From NCBI GenBank assembly GCA_964016885.1, contig OZ024740.1:374294001-374358000 (forward strand): a stretch of DNA of 64,000 nt. The letters are read 5' to 3'. Position 1 is the first letter of the stretch, and each line of letters begins with the position of its first letter. The position numbers and the translations under genes are program-made. The notes under the pieces were generated by a model. That model was not told the DNA's origin. It was given only the letters and a program-made list of their open reading frames with translations, and made no database searches. Of the stretch, positions 42,501-56,639 are shown one piece after another. This DNA is from Eledone cirrhosa (taxonomy: Eukaryota).

Positions 42501-42660
42501 AATTGGATCTTCCATTTCTGTGCATTGATGGATGGTATGATACCTTGTGTATTGAGTAAGAATGTGGAGGCTAGTGTGGTGGCTGGTTTTGACTGTTGCA
42601 GGGGGCTTGTTTTGTGATTGTGTGTTAGTGACAGCAAGGTTGGTGTTAGGTGATGGCTAA
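39579..42660 (-). mobile_element. CR1-clade LINE, ORF2 (APE endonuclease + RT), frameshifted
   Basis: LTETHL, LYRPP, MGDFNLP, LDLVF, SDH; NYRPISLTS, YLDFSKAF, SGVPQG, FAADSKL; C-terminal YWGRLETLKRYSIQRRHER. Confidence 0.92.
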
Positions 42661-42846
42661 AATCTTTTTCTCTATCTCGTTTGCCAGGCTCATATATATA
42701 TATATATATATATTGTTATACTTTGGAAGGGTCATGTTGCCAATAAGAAACACACGCACCAGTTGTTTCACTTCAATTTATTATAATAAATTTATCAATT
42801 TCCGGTTGGTTGGTTGGTTCCACAACTACATGTTTGTTTATATATT

Positions 42847-42889
42847 GTCAAAGTTCTTTCGTCACACATCATGTGACCTCTTCAGTGAC
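42847..42889 (-). ncRNA. Minimal type-I hammerhead ribozyme
   Basis: Reverse complement: GTCA CTGAAGA gGTCACA tgatg TGTGAC GAAA GAAC TT TGAC. Confidence 0.85.
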
Positions 42890-43136
42890 TCGGGATTATT
42901 TTCTTTCTTTTTGTGCCTCTCCTTTGTTCTGTCCTACGCCATCTTGTTTCACACACGCACATAGAACAAACAACCAACCTGTAACATGTAAATAAACAAA
43001 TAAATAAACGAATATAAACACACACCGACACCCGGATGTGGCGCATGCCCAGACTGAGCACACAACGCACACACATAAACAAGATGGCATAGGACAGAAC
43101 AAAGGACAGGCACAAAAACAAAGAAAATAATCCCTA

Positions 43137-43179
43137 GTCACTGAAGAGGTCACAGAATGTGTGAGGAAAGAACTTTGAC
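43137..43179 (+). ncRNA. Minimal type-I hammerhead ribozyme
   Basis: GTCA CTGAAGA ggTCACA gaatg TGTGAg GAAA GAAC TT TGAC. Confidence 0.75.
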
Positions 43180-43384
43180 AATATATAAACAACCATCTGG
43201 TTGTGGAACCAACCAACCAACCGGAAATTTATAAATTCTTAAATTTATGCATTTATTATAATAAATTGAAGTGAAATCACTGGTGCGTGTGTTTCTTATT
43301 GGCAACATGACCCTCCAAAGTATAACAATATCCGTTTCAACACACGTTTTCAGATAAAGAATCTTGCTAAACAAATTCAGAAAC

Positions 43385-43425
<41 letters not shown>

Positions 43426-43600
43426 TGTATATATATATGTATTGTTATGCTTTGGAAGGGTCATGTTGCCAATAAGAAACACACGCTTTCACTTCAATTT
43501 ATTATAAATTAAATTTATAAATTTCCGGTTGGTTGGTTGGTTGGTTCCACAACCAGACGATTGTTCATATATTGTCAAAGTTCTTTCGTAACACATTCTA

Positions 43601-44050
43601 AGCCGTACTAAGAGTGCGAAATGAAATTTCGTTTCATTTTTTCCGTTTATCGTTTTCGGTGCACCCAGTCGATTAACCCACTCGATATGCAAATAGGGCT
43701 ACTCCGCCGTTAATATGCATAAGGAAAGTATATACTTTCAGACGTTCAATCATCTGGCGGGAAGTTATACGTTGCTGGCGATAGCTAATAAGCTTGAAGA
43801 TAGTACAGCGTTCCATTGTTACTGTTGAACAAACGAGCAACGATGCTTGCTGGATACTACGGCTTAATACGGGATGTTTGTTTATAAACACACCGAGCAT
43901 TATAAGAAATGTTCGGTAAATCCATACGTACATGTATATATATATGTGTGCATGTATGTATATATAAATACACACTATGTACGTATACATACTTATATTT
44001 AAGTAACAGCCGTACTAATAGTGGGAAATGAAATTTCGTTTCATTTTTAC
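43601..44050 (+). mobile_element. Second copy of the ~410-430-nt HHR unit, with mutated ribozyme core
   Basis: Homologous to 39027-39507; terminal redundancy of ~40 nt (43601/44008); core reads CTGGCGA...GAAG. Confidence 0.75.
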
Positions 44051-44327
44051 ATAAATATATATATATATATATGTATTTATATTTGTATATGTTGGAAGAA
44101 TGAGAGGGAAAGAGAAGGGTAGAGACAAATAGAGAGAGGAGACAGGTGCGAGAACAAGCGAAAAGCTAAAAAACACATATCCGTTTCTAATGAGTCTCAT
44201 AATGAAAGTGTTTGGTATTAGAAATAAATGTACATTTTATTTATTTATCTCGTTCATAGACCTACGTCATTTGCAAAACACAAGAAGTATCCTACTTCCT
44301 CCAAGTATATTTTATTGAAACTTATAT

Positions 44328-44373
<46 letters not shown>

Positions 44374-44375
<2 letters not shown>

Positions 44376-44472
44376 CTAGAAATTGATTAACATATAAATA
44401 AACATTAATAATTACAGGAGATGATCTCCTGTGATTATTCATGTTTATTTATATGTTAATCAATTTCTAGTT
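44374..44472. repeat. 49-bp-arm near-perfect palindrome
   Basis: AACTAGAAATTG...GGAGAT g ATCTCC...CAATTTCTAGTT. Confidence 0.9.
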
Positions 44473-44600
44473 ATGATAAAATGCTCGGACCTACTCGTTA
44501 GAATCTTAGAGCTTATTTTGCGGGTCATATGGCGCATGTCTTTCTGGCATGACACCCATCATTTTGATGTAGATTACATTCATTTGATTTATCTTAATTT

Positions 44601-44669
<69 letters not shown>

Positions 44670-44671
44670 GT

Positions 44672-44957
44672 ATATAAAGAAAAAAAGATGAAATCGAAAA
44701 TGGAACTGGAGTCTTATTTTTAATAATATATTTATATTTATTCCGTTCCTTTACCGGTTTCGCAGTTCTTATGCTTTTCAAAAGTAGAGTTGAGAGGGAA
44801 GGTCTGTGTTTTTTTCACAGAAGAACCACAGACCCTCCATCTCTACTTTTGAAAAGTAGAAGAACAGCGAAACCGGTAAACGAACCAAATAAAGATATAT
44901 ATATTTTAAAAAATAAAACTCCTGTTGAATTTTCGATATCAGCTTTTTTTCTTTATA
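44672..44957. repeat. Imperfect ~140-bp-arm fold-back of a pLTR-like sequence
   Basis: Arms 44672-44815 and 44820-44957; degenerate HHR (CAGAAGA...GAAA CCGG TA). Confidence 0.75.
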
Positions 44958-45012
44958 CTTTCACTCGTGTAGGACACCTCGGTTATTTTTCATTTTGTAA
45001 AAAAACCCTTAC

Positions 45013-45164
<152 letters not shown>

Positions 45165-45290
45165 GTGAGGTTTTTTTTACAAAATGAAAAATAACCGATT
45201 TTATATTTAATATTTTTGTCTTTCAAGGACCATATAAGTTTATATATATATATATATGTATGTTTATATATATATATATGTATATCTATA

Positions 45291-45349
<59 letters not shown>

Positions 45350-45401
45350 AGATATACATATATATATATATATATATATAAACATACATATATATATATA
45401 T

Positions 45402-45671
45402 AAACTCATATGGTCCTTGAAAGACAAAAATATTAAATATAACATCTCTTGGAAAAAGGTTTCCTCTGCTTCTCATACTTGAACAGTTCTCTATCCAAGA
45501 CTTGCAATCTCTGTCTAAATGAAAAATTCACCATTATATCTAATTTAGATTCTATAATAAATAGATGCACTGACTTGTTTTCTATCTGCTTGCATAAATT
45601 CCACACAACTTTCCATAAAGTATACAGCTAATATCCTAAACTTTATCAATTCAGAATCCTCTTCTCAAAGG

Positions 45672-45728
<57 letters not shown>

Positions 45729-46704
45729 TTCTTTAAAAATATACCCATCTTTCTACCTTATTTCAAAGTTATTTATTATATTCTATATCACTCCTATTCA
45801 TCACTTCCCTTTTTTCCTTTTCCTTTTCTTTTCTTTTTCTTTTAATTTCTAACCCCTAATCTGTACCTTTTCTCACTGTGCCTAACATAGAAACAATTAT
45901 TACACAATACACTATATTCTTACTTCATATCACCTTGAAAAAAATCCTTCGTAAACATAAACATTTTTTTTTACGTTAGATTATTCATCCTCTATTCATT
46001 ATTTTTTTCTCACTTTCATCTAACTTATTCATGCTCATCTCACAATATATCCTTACTTACATTACTTCTGTTTTTTTTATAATACATATCAACATTTTCT
46101 TTCCATCGCACATATTATTAAACCCTTAAATATTATTCTTAATACATATTAACATTTTCTTTCCATCGCACATATTATTAAACCCTTAAATATGATTCTT
46201 AATACATATTAACAATTTCTTTTCATCGCACATATTATTAAACCCTTCAATATACAAACCTTAACTTTACATTATTTTTCTCTTCGTTAATTTTCAAATT
46301 CTTTTAATTTATACAATATCTTCCAACGGTTTTTCAACCTCTCTAACTAAAAAAATACATTTTTCTCAGTTATAAAAGCTATCTCTCTCTATCACCCATC
46401 TCTCCTCCTATCTCATCCTTCCTCATTATACTCCTCCCCCTCCACTTTTTATTCTCATCTCGTCCTCTTTTTCATCCTTTCCAACCTCCCCCCTCAAAAG
46501 AATTGTTTCCCCAATGTCACACATCAATCTAAAACTACTTTACATATGTTGATTTAGAACTGCACTATCCACAAGTGTTTTTAACCTTCATATCATATCC
46601 TCCTATTTTATCTGATGAAAACACAAATGTTATTGCATGATGATATTTGTTTTTGAAATGCGCATAATAAAATACATGGAACTCATTTAACCATCTTTTG
46701 ATCT

Positions 46705-46710
<6 letters not shown>
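45402..46710 (+). mobile_element. 5'-truncated copy of the 19836 Naiad family (last ~75 codons, 3' UTR, pLTR)
   Basis: [12 protein letters not shown]...CNLCLNEKFTIISNLDSIINR.TDLFSICLHK, nearly identical to 22005-22229. Confidence 0.92.
46604..46674 (+). ncRNA. Type-I hammerhead ribozyme
   Basis: TATTTTAT CTGATGA [stem II] GAAA TGCGCA TA ATAAAATA (8-bp stem I). Confidence 0.9.
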
Positions 46711-46774
<64 letters not shown>

Positions 46775-46831
46775 TTATTTATATTTATACGTATATATAT
46801 TTATATGTATATATATATATAGTTTTATATA

Positions 46832-46963
<132 letters not shown>

Positions 46964-47299
46964 ACGTCTTATGTTTGCTAGGATGCGTCCATAGGTGGTA
47001 TGCCGGTTGAGCACTCTAAGCTCCAACGGAGCAGAATATGATAAAATGGAAAACGAAGAATCAGTGATGCATCGGATCTCAATTTATTACGCATTATATC
47101 GTTTCTCGATAAACAGCTCGAAGTGCGATCTGTTTGTGGATCGAACCTTATTCTGGTTTCGCACATTTCTCATATACGTCTAGATTTCGAAGCAAATTCG
47201 CTTTCTAAGAAAACGAAGTGGTTTCGAATTCTTCACCGATGCTTCACTGATTCTTCATTTTCTATTTCATATATATATATATATGCCTGTATGTGCAGC

Positions 47300-50200
47300 T
47301 TAATAATGAAAATGATGTGAAGATGCACCTGGTGTTTTAGTTTATATACATGCAAATCTTTATCATACACAATGATACGTTTTCAGAAATAGTCATGATT
47401 ATTTAAACAGTTTTTGTAATGAACAATTTTTGGTGAGTAGTTTTCCTCCATTTCATTTCGTTTTGTGTCGGATAAATATAGTTTACGAGTGTCGATGTTA
47501 ATCTCTTGTCGGTTATGCTTTTCTAAAATAGGTAACCATACGGGTTATAAACAGTTATATCGAATAAAATACAACTATTTGCAAGGATTAGAAGTCAGAT
47601 TTTGACAAAATATTAAAACTTTCTTATGACAAATCTTTCCTTGATGATGCGTTTTTGATCCACTCTTTACTACCGTTATTGATAGAATGGGAAACCATGG
47701 AAAATTGGAAATGTTTGTCCTTTACAATCCTAGATATGTTGGATAAGATGGGTCGTTTTGGTGTTCGGATCCCTAATTTGATGACGCTAAATTGCAATTT
47801 GGTGTTGGAATGTCACGACTGTCTGAACAATGTAGTGTTTATGGAAAACCAAATTTCTTTGCATAGTCCGAGAAATCACTTTTAAATTTGAAAATAGTTC
47901 CTTCTTTGAAGAAAAATTCATGGACGTATTATAGAGAGCTACACATTCCACAACCAGCTGAGTTGTAACTTTTCATTTTGAGCTCTATCATTACATTTTT
48001 TCGTTGTGCATTCGTCAGTATAAATGTGGATGCTATTACGTGTTATGATCGGGTATTTTATTACAGGGTTTTCATTGTTCGTCCTTTAGAATGATAGGTA
48101 AGTTTAGTTGGATGCATGTGTTGATTTCTGTGTTATTCGGAGTAACAGCTGAAATATGTGTTATGTCCCCTTTCTTCTATTCCTTTATGTTTCTTGATGT
48201 ACGTAGGCATTAATTTGTCTTGTATTTTAAATTGATTTATCTTGCTGAGAAATCTTTAGGATATTTTCCATTGATAATATCTATGAAGGTGGTATTGTCG
48301 GGAATCAGTAGGTTTGAAATATATGTCCGTTTTTAGAATGAAGTTTATTTTGTAATTAATATGTCTAAAGACATTTATCGTTAATGAATTCCATACTAAA
48401 TTGGATGTTAGGGTTTGGAATTTCATTATTTCCTCAAGATTTTCCTTCCACAAAATAAAACAAGCGTCCAGGTATTTTTTCTGGTTATCGTTTATACAAC
48501 AGCTTTAGCCATTCCCCCTAAATATTAGGTTTAATTGTAGACATTTAATTCATGGTGTCTATTTTTGTTTTGTTTTGTATTTTGTACGATAAATTGAAGA
48601 ATATCTATTATGAAATTTTTATAAATATGGTCTGGCAGCTTGTAAAAGAATAATTCTAATCAGTATTTAATAGACTTGATTGTGTTGTCGTGAGGAATGT
48701 TACTACACAAGTTCACAAAATAGAAATGAGACCATGTAAGTGCTTACTTAGATGGTTTATTTTATTTGGTAAATGAGTGAGTATATCTAGCTCATCTCAT
48801 ATGAAGCTTCGAAGGTGCTTGAGGAGAAGTTTCGATAAGATGTACAAGTAATGTCTCGTCAATCAGGCTTGCTATATTAGGTTTGAGTTATAAGTTGATT
48901 TGTTTGGGTGTATTCACACAAGTAGTCTTCGTATTTTTCCATGTCTCCTTAATTAGTTGATTCTTGTATATCTTAACAAGACCATGGAGTTTACCTGATT
49001 TATATGTAAAATTGGCGTGATAATATAATTTTTTATCAGTGAGACAATTCCCATATAGGTGTAGTAACTCATTCATTTGTTTCATCATTTTATGAAGTTT
49101 GTATTTTTGTTATTTCTTCATACTATGAGTTATCGTGTAGCACACTCTGTGCAGCGTTTATGTCCTTATTGACAACATCACATCGTTTGTCGGCTTCCTT
49201 TGTGGCAATATTTTGTATTGTTTAAATGGTTCCGTTGTAGTTTGGTGTAGTTGAACTTTGTCTCATTTCTAGTGCGTCAATAGGAAAGGTTGATATAAAA
49301 TCACTAAATTCATAAAGGATTGCATTATTGTCGTTTGGTGAGGACGGTGGGATGGAAGTATCGGTAGAGATTCAGACTTCGTGTTTTGTAGCATAGAGTT
49401 ACGGCGCTTTATGATTTGAGTTCAAACCCGCCGGGGATAACTTTGCCTTTCTTCCTTACGGGGTCGATAAAACAAAGTACCAGTCCCCCACTGAGGTCGA
49501 TTTAATCGACTTTCCCTTCCCACAAAATTGAGTGCCTTGTGCCTATATAAGAAACCATCATTGTCTTTTGGTGGTTGATATTCGCTTTTGGCTTTTTTTT
49601 TGTGTTTGATTAATGATTCATTGTTGATTTTTTTTATTCATATATTGTTCTGCGAGCCTGGATCTTCAGCAGAAGGACGAAATATCATCATTAATTTCTG
49701 CTATATTTTATTTTGTAGAGATTGATAGATACCTTAGCCATTTCAATAGAATATCTCTTTGTTAACGATTTTTCTACTAGTTTCATTGTATTCGATTTCT
49801 CGTGAATGTGGACCATCTGTTTTTTTTCCTTGAAAAGAAGGTTACAGTAATGGAGTTTCGCTATAATTTTTACTATTGTCAAAACGTTTTCTGATGTTAT
49901 TTTTGTAATTATTGTGTATCTTCGTATTGCATATGTTATTATGTTCCTTATACTTTTTTTCGTATGTTTGTGACTTTGGTTCAGCCTGAGATTATTTCTG
50001 TAATTCAGACTGTGAGGTTTGTTTTCTCTGACGTTTTGATTTCTGTTTGATGTTCTGTGTTTATATATATTTTGTAATTGATTATTTCTTTTTGATTGAT
50101 TCTGGTTTTATCTAGAATTCTTTATGTGCACCCGAGTGTGGGAATTATTATTTCCCTTTGGTGGTCTATATATTTGTGTAAATGATGGTGGTTGCCTAGG

Positions 50201-50700
50201 AGATTCCCTAATTCGCCATCTGTCTGGATTTAGTATATCATGTGATTTTCTTTGATATGTTGGATATTGGAGTTGTGCTTTGCGAATAGTATGAGCGTAG
50301 ATTTTCGTGTTGCTGATTCTTGCTTTCTACAACAAGAGGCTTTCTGCGCTGTATTCTATTTTAAATTGATTTTCGTAGTTTGAAAAACTGTTTTATTTTA
50401 TCTCTCATCTCCATAATAAGATCAGTTCTTCGTTTTCCCATTCTAGCCTCCTTAGTTTATAAACCTCATACAGTTTTTCTCTGTCATATAGTTTGTTTTG
50501 AGATGTCGATTTCCATGTATTTATCAATGTTCTTGTATCTTTGTTCTTAGGTGCTTGATGTTAATTTCATTAGCTTGATTTCATGTTGTATTGTTTCCAC
50601 AGACATGAAAGCTTTGCACAAAAAAGCTGCATGCGATTATTTTATTCTCTATCCACTTACATGCGTCTCCCACTTTGTACATATTTAGGATTTCCTATTT
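47300..50700 (-). mobile_element. Heavily decayed Penelope-type element
   Basis: Reverse strand KYLDACFILW and TDIYFKPTDSRQY (48256-48480), GKLHGLVKIYK (48888-49088). Confidence 0.6.
49395..49560 (+). mobile_element. Deu/Nin-type SINE
   Basis: GAGTTCAAACCC..GCCTTTC.TCCTTACGGGGTCGATAAAAC. Confidence 0.85.
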
Positions 50701-51469
50701 AGCAATAAGAGAAAACTCGCATATAACGTGCGCTCAGGAGTTCTTTTGTTCGTGAAAGCTTACCTGAAATTTACAGGTTGTGCATTTGAAACTGTTTCTG
50801 ACGTCCTCAATATCTACTCACTGAGGAATTATTTCAACTTGAGCCACACATTCTTATTTAACTTCGGAATCTCACATTTAAAAAGGTTGCGCGTTCCTAA
50901 AAAGAAATAATAGAAATAATTGCAAATATTTCCTTTTACAAGATATACAAAATATATCCAAGTGTTCTTAGAGTGTTGGTGAGTTTATTGCATGAAGCAG
51001 ATAAGGAAATATACACATTAAAAAGAAAACAGTGTCTCAGAAACTGGTGATCATTATCTACCATCCAGTTTCTATTGATATCTTACTTCAATGTAGAAGA
51101 CAAACGGTTTTACAGAATGATGGCTAAAACAATATCAAGGTTTATAACAGTGAATGATCATATCAACACATCCATTCAGTGATCATGAGTCCCAGTATTC
51201 CCAGAATGCCATGCACAACCCTAAATAATTTGCTGCTTCTTTCAATATACGAAAGCGGAAGAAAAAAAAGGGGTCAGTTTTTACGTCGTAACAGCAAAAG
51301 TTCTGATTGTTTTTCGCATAAAATGATCCATAATGTATCTTCTTATTTTTTGTTTACTATTGATCATTGGTTATTATACAACGATAAATATATGAAACAG
51401 ACAGACACTCAAAAGAGAAAGAAAAAGAAAAAGAGATGATATATGTCTTAATACGTATGGTGAGCAAAT

Positions 51470-53030
51470 CGGGTCCCACGTGCTGGCCTCTCCACAGCCC
51501 CGGTGGACAGAATGGAGAAAGCGATTCCCCGGAATGGTAAGGGAGATGCACTGGAAGGGCCATTCCAAATCGCTAGGCTCACACCTGCGGCTGGCCAGCT
51601 CAGCGACTATGATGGGGAAAGGGGATGTAGCCCTAGGGCTAAGGACACCAGATGTCTCCACTGACAAGGGCAGGAATACAAACCTGTCGGAGAGCGACCG
51701 GTACTTGGAGAGTTTGGTTTCCTCAGCCCGACGTGTAGCGGCACATGGGTTAGTCGCAGAATACACCAGGTTGCGACGGCAGAAAGTGTCGCTGCAAGTG
51801 GCATCCAAGTTGAGGGATTTTCCACCGCGGAACGGGAAGATGGTCATACCGTCTAGCCTTTTGCCGTTCCCTCGGTCCAGCCCCACCTGCTCGAGCTGGG
51901 AGGAAAGCCTGCGGCGTCCAAGCCATGCTTTATAACCTCGTTGAGGGCAGCTTGGCGACAGGAAAGTGGGTGGAGGCCGACAAATTCCACGGTGGATACA
52001 TAGCGACATTTATGTGACTCGCAGATCCGGAGTCCAAGGCTCAAGGAAACGCCGATTCGCAGGCTATCGTTATCAAGCTGTGTGCCAGTGGAGAAGGAGG
52101 GCAAGGCATAGAGCCAGGCACCACTGTGGGGTTAGGCGGCCATGTGTAAACAGGCAAGATGGTGCTGGTTGAGCTAGCACATCAGCCTGTCTGAGGCCAA
52201 GCTGCACTGGATGGCATCCCAAATGCTTTGTGGGCATTTGACATCAGCAGGGGGAGAAGGAGGAGGGACGTCTACGGGCCTAAGTCCGAGCCACGTCTCA
52301 CAGGTGACCTCCCGTTCCCTGATCAGAGAAGGTTCCATTGTATTTTGGAGAACATTGATGACGAGGACGTGGCATGAGTGTACCGATGAAACAAACGCCG
52401 GCAAAGCCAGCGATGTCGTGACCGGAGGCAAATGCCGCCATATCTCACAGGTAAAGTGGCCTATTACCATCCAATGTCGTCACACCTGACGTTGCATATC
52501 TCTTCGGCTGTCGCTCGAATACAAGTATTGAGGTCAACGCGGAGAGATGCTTGGCTGTAGCACGGTGCGCTGCGAAGAGTGTAGAGGAGCTACGGTATAG
52601 CGAAGCAGTTCCTCAACAGGACGAGAGCTGGGTGGCCATCGATCAAGCCTAGCCGGTTCGTGACGGTCTGGTGGGTGGTACGGTGAACCGAGGATGAGGA
52701 CATCCTCTTTGGTGGTCACCTGTACCTGGTGGAGAATGAAGCGTACGTTAGAGATGGAGGTTGCAAAGCTCTCAGCATCATGGCTGACATTCACCACCTC
52801 AGACTTGGAAGAGTTGACCTGGAAGCCGATTCCCGCCAGGGCAAGAACCACCGATTGAAGGTCACGGCAGACAGTCTCCATGTGCCCGCTCAGCGTAGCA
52901 TCATCCTGGTACCAAACGTTGAGAGAGACCGGGATACTCTGGGCAATGTGCTCGGGGCTCCATATAACAGGTAGGCCAGCGGGTAGGTGGAGGGGGCTCG
53001 GCTGAGGCAGGCATCGAGCAGATGATCCTG
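51470..53030 (-). mobile_element. CRE-like non-LTR retrotransposon (RT end + restriction-like endonuclease), frameshifted
   Basis: YQDDAT (RT YxDD) at ~52900, GKRLDGMTIFPFRGGKSLNLDATCSDT (PD-(D/E)xK), FLPLSVETSG. Confidence 0.75.
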
Positions 53031-53399
53031 GCGTATACAGTAGAAAGCATTCCTCATGTCAAGCATGACAATGACGTGACTCGAGTCCCTGGATGCCGGT
53101 TCCGGTGGGCAGCTGTTGAAGAACTGCCTGGTTACACAGCCTCAGTGGAGTGTGTGTGTGTCGGTAGCAACTCCTTGTTCGGACAGTTCGGAAACCACCA
53201 GCATCCGTGCTGTTGTAGTGTATTCGGGTTGTTTGGCTGGACAAATGAAAATTGGTGATTACGCTGCTCTGGCAACACCGCATGTGTGTATGGCTATAAT
53301 TGCCTTCATTGTAGTAAAACGTTACAAATAGAAAACTCAACTAGCATTGTTAGGTTAAATCTTCCAGTAACCATTACTTTGCCCTCAACTCCCTAGAGA

Positions 53400-54900
53400 G
53401 TCGCATTCAATCAATAGTTTTGGTCAGATAAATGAATTCTACTATACATGTTGATGGATGTTTCTGGACAACTGAAATCAGACAATGAGGAAATGTTCTC
53501 GTATATTCACAGGGCCCTGATTATTGTCAAGTCCTTTATTTTTTGTCCAAGCTTAAAGAAGGAGTAACGGCTGTTTATCATACCGGGTTTGTTGGAATTT
53601 TAAGTTAAAGGTACATTGTTGTCGATATGGCACGTTACCGAATAGCTAATAATGCTAATAAGCTGTACGAAATACATTTGACGAGAGTGGAGAGAATGGA
53701 CATTTGTATTAGCACGTTCTTGCGGGAATGACTTGGCCTCTCACCAGGCTTTACAAATGTGCTAAGAGACAGTTCCAGCTGTCTTTAACATCACTACTGG
53801 AAGAGATTAAAGTAGTTGAATTCCGCTGTTATAAAATGCAATGATATTCAGAGGACCACACACTTCACTCAGCTCCGACTAGAGTACGAGTGTTGACAGG
53901 AAGAAAATGAAGCGTGAAACATAAGACGAATTACTTGATCCTATCCTGCAAATAGCGGAGTTGCTGGATGCAATGGAGAAAGCAGCTTGTGAAATGCGTA
54001 TCCTATGAGAGTTAAAAATGCAGGTGGAAAATAATAGCCAAAAAAATGTTTCATCACAACGCCTAGGATACCTATCGGGAATCAGTATGCCTGTTATTAG
54101 ACTTTTGCAACAGAAGACGTTTTTGCCCAATATTAAGAAAGAAAATTCCCAAGACAAAATCGGTTTGGAATCATAAAAATACGATACTATTTGTATTTGT
54201 ACATTTGATATTTGCCAGATAACAGTAATCTGAAATTTACTATGAAGGTTATTCAGGATGTTTCATTATTATTTACTGATGGAGATCTCGCATCCTCAAA
54301 GTTATATATAAAAGGGCACATAGACCTTTAGGATTCTGCTTCTACCTGCGTTATAGTCAGCCTATTGAATCTTGAAACAAGTATAAACATTTGTTCTTGC
54401 AGTTACTTTGAATCAACAAAAGGTGAAATCAATATCACAACAACTCTCGTAAATGATATTTAAGGATTGGTTACAGTATAACTGAAATGATAGATTAAAC
54501 AAGGCAGGCGCTAGCAAATCTAAATATTTACCTCCATTGCCTATAGGGATGGATTGGGGATGAAATTTCGAAATAGTATCTGTCCTATCATATGTATTTG
54601 TAAATATTTCAAATCGCCCTATAAAAGAGGTGTTTATCAGAAGTATTCAAACCATTTATGTAACCTGTACCGAGATCCTTATAACATTGTCTCCGTAGGA
54701 TGAATATTCACGGTCCCTAATCGCTATCGTGTCCTGAATAGAGATTTATATTCCAAGATGAATGAGGTCATAACTGTTGTATAAGGGTTATCACCGAAAT
54801 ATATATAACGGCGAATATGAATAAACGAAGTTGATTTTAACCTGTTGACTTACACTTCATTTTTAAATTACTTCGAAGTAAACAGTCCACATGAGAACTT
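53400..54900 (+). pseudogene. Possible very old Penelope-type RT remnant
   Basis: IQDVSLLFTD at ~54250 resembles SFDVxSLFT; otherwise unrecognisable. Confidence 0.25.
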
Positions 54901-54964
54901 CATCGAGGTCTCTACTCTGCATTCTGTAGTGTCGGTAATTAACCAACACAGTCAAATTAATATG

Positions 54965-55004
<40 letters not shown>

Positions 55005-56429
55005 ATTAGCGGGTTCAATCAGTGGTAAACATAGTTTGTATAGTATTCGATACATTAGTAGACTTTAAACATTCAGTTTAATAGATATAGCGCTTCTACG
55101 GGACTAGATACCATCTGCCCTCGATACCATCAGCACAGGGCTTGTCAACAGGTGTAAAGACAGCATGGTCAACACTTCTATAGATAATTTAGACAACTGA
55201 TATATCGCAAATGGTGAAATAAGAGACGAAAACATGCATGTTAGATAGTACATAGTTACTTGAGGGGATAAGAAACCGCTAGAAATTTCAGCCCATAACT
55301 ATTCAACTTAAGAAGCTCAACTAACATAAATAAATTAGTGTAGGAGCTAAAATATCAAATGGAAAAACGGAATTAAAACTCGAGTTAATTCTCTGAACTT
55401 TAATGAGCTCAAGGGTTAAGTCCTCATAATACATACATAATCTCTATATGTGTGTGGTTAATACATAATATATATATATATATATGTAGTTAATTATGCT
55501 GATTGGGAGAAGAAATACTGTATATATTTTACCAAATGATTCTATGGACTTACTTTCTTATATATTGCTGCGATTGTTGATTATTTAATTAATTAATTCG
55601 TCATTGAGCCACACCGTGAATGGTTGCCAAAAGACATATATATATCTATGGCCTGTCTAGTTTATATATATGTAAATCAATATATTTTATAAATTCCCGT
55701 ATGGTTGAGTAACAATTTAGGCAGTATTCCGCTGCGCGTTCTAGCAACCAGCGTACTCGTCGTCAGACACCAATCACAAGTTTCTAACTTGATCACTAGC
55801 CATGTGACAATTCTTAGCCATTTTGAATTCGTTTCTGGTAGGGATCATTTAAGAAAAATATTTGTCCAATTGAGTTTGTTTCCTTATGATTTCGAAACTT
55901 GTGAATTTATCCATGATCGGATATTTCCAAAAAGCGAATGAAACCCCATGGGGTAGAAACATAATTTTGGTGAAAGAAGAGACGAAAATATGCGCAGACT
56001 TTATGATTTTCACTATAGTGGTCCCCTACCATTCGTAATTGAAAAGAATCCCTTCAAGCCACTATGTATTGTCTAGCGCGAATGTGTTTGTCTCTTCTTT
56101 CACCATGTGCGATATTTCAGTTGTGTAAAGTTTCTTTAGGTGTGTCGACCATGCTGTCTTTACATCTGTTCAGAATCCCTGGGACGGATGGTATCGACAC
56201 ATTTTGAGGCGAAACATTCTCCAGGTGTTTTATAGTAATAAATGGTGGTCTGTACATTTGGATTTACTGCACTAATTAATATGTATTCCTTTCGTAGACT
56301 TTATGATTTTCATTCTAGTGGTTCTCTAACCCTCGTAATTGAATACATTCACTTTTGTGTTTGATTCTCTATATACTGTATTATATACATATACATACAT
56401 ACATATATAGACACACACACACACGCGCG

Positions 56430-56468
<39 letters not shown>

Positions 56469-56484
56469 ACACACATATACACAC

Positions 56485-56606
<122 letters not shown>

Positions 56607-56639
56607 TCCGATGGTAACATTATTAACCGGGAACGACCA

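Larger units (their letters stand above)
42711..43597. mobile_element. Cluster of PLE pLTRs: minus copy 42711-42945, plus copy 43080-43390, partial minus copy 43440-43597
   Basis: Mutual reverse complements; the ATGACCCTCC..AGTATAACAATAT tail is shared with the 1-428 family. Confidence 0.8.

Noticed and set aside
51480-51935. 151-aa plus-strand ORF (and 13241-13531, 59452-59856)
   Set aside because: Antisense shadows of retroelement coding regions
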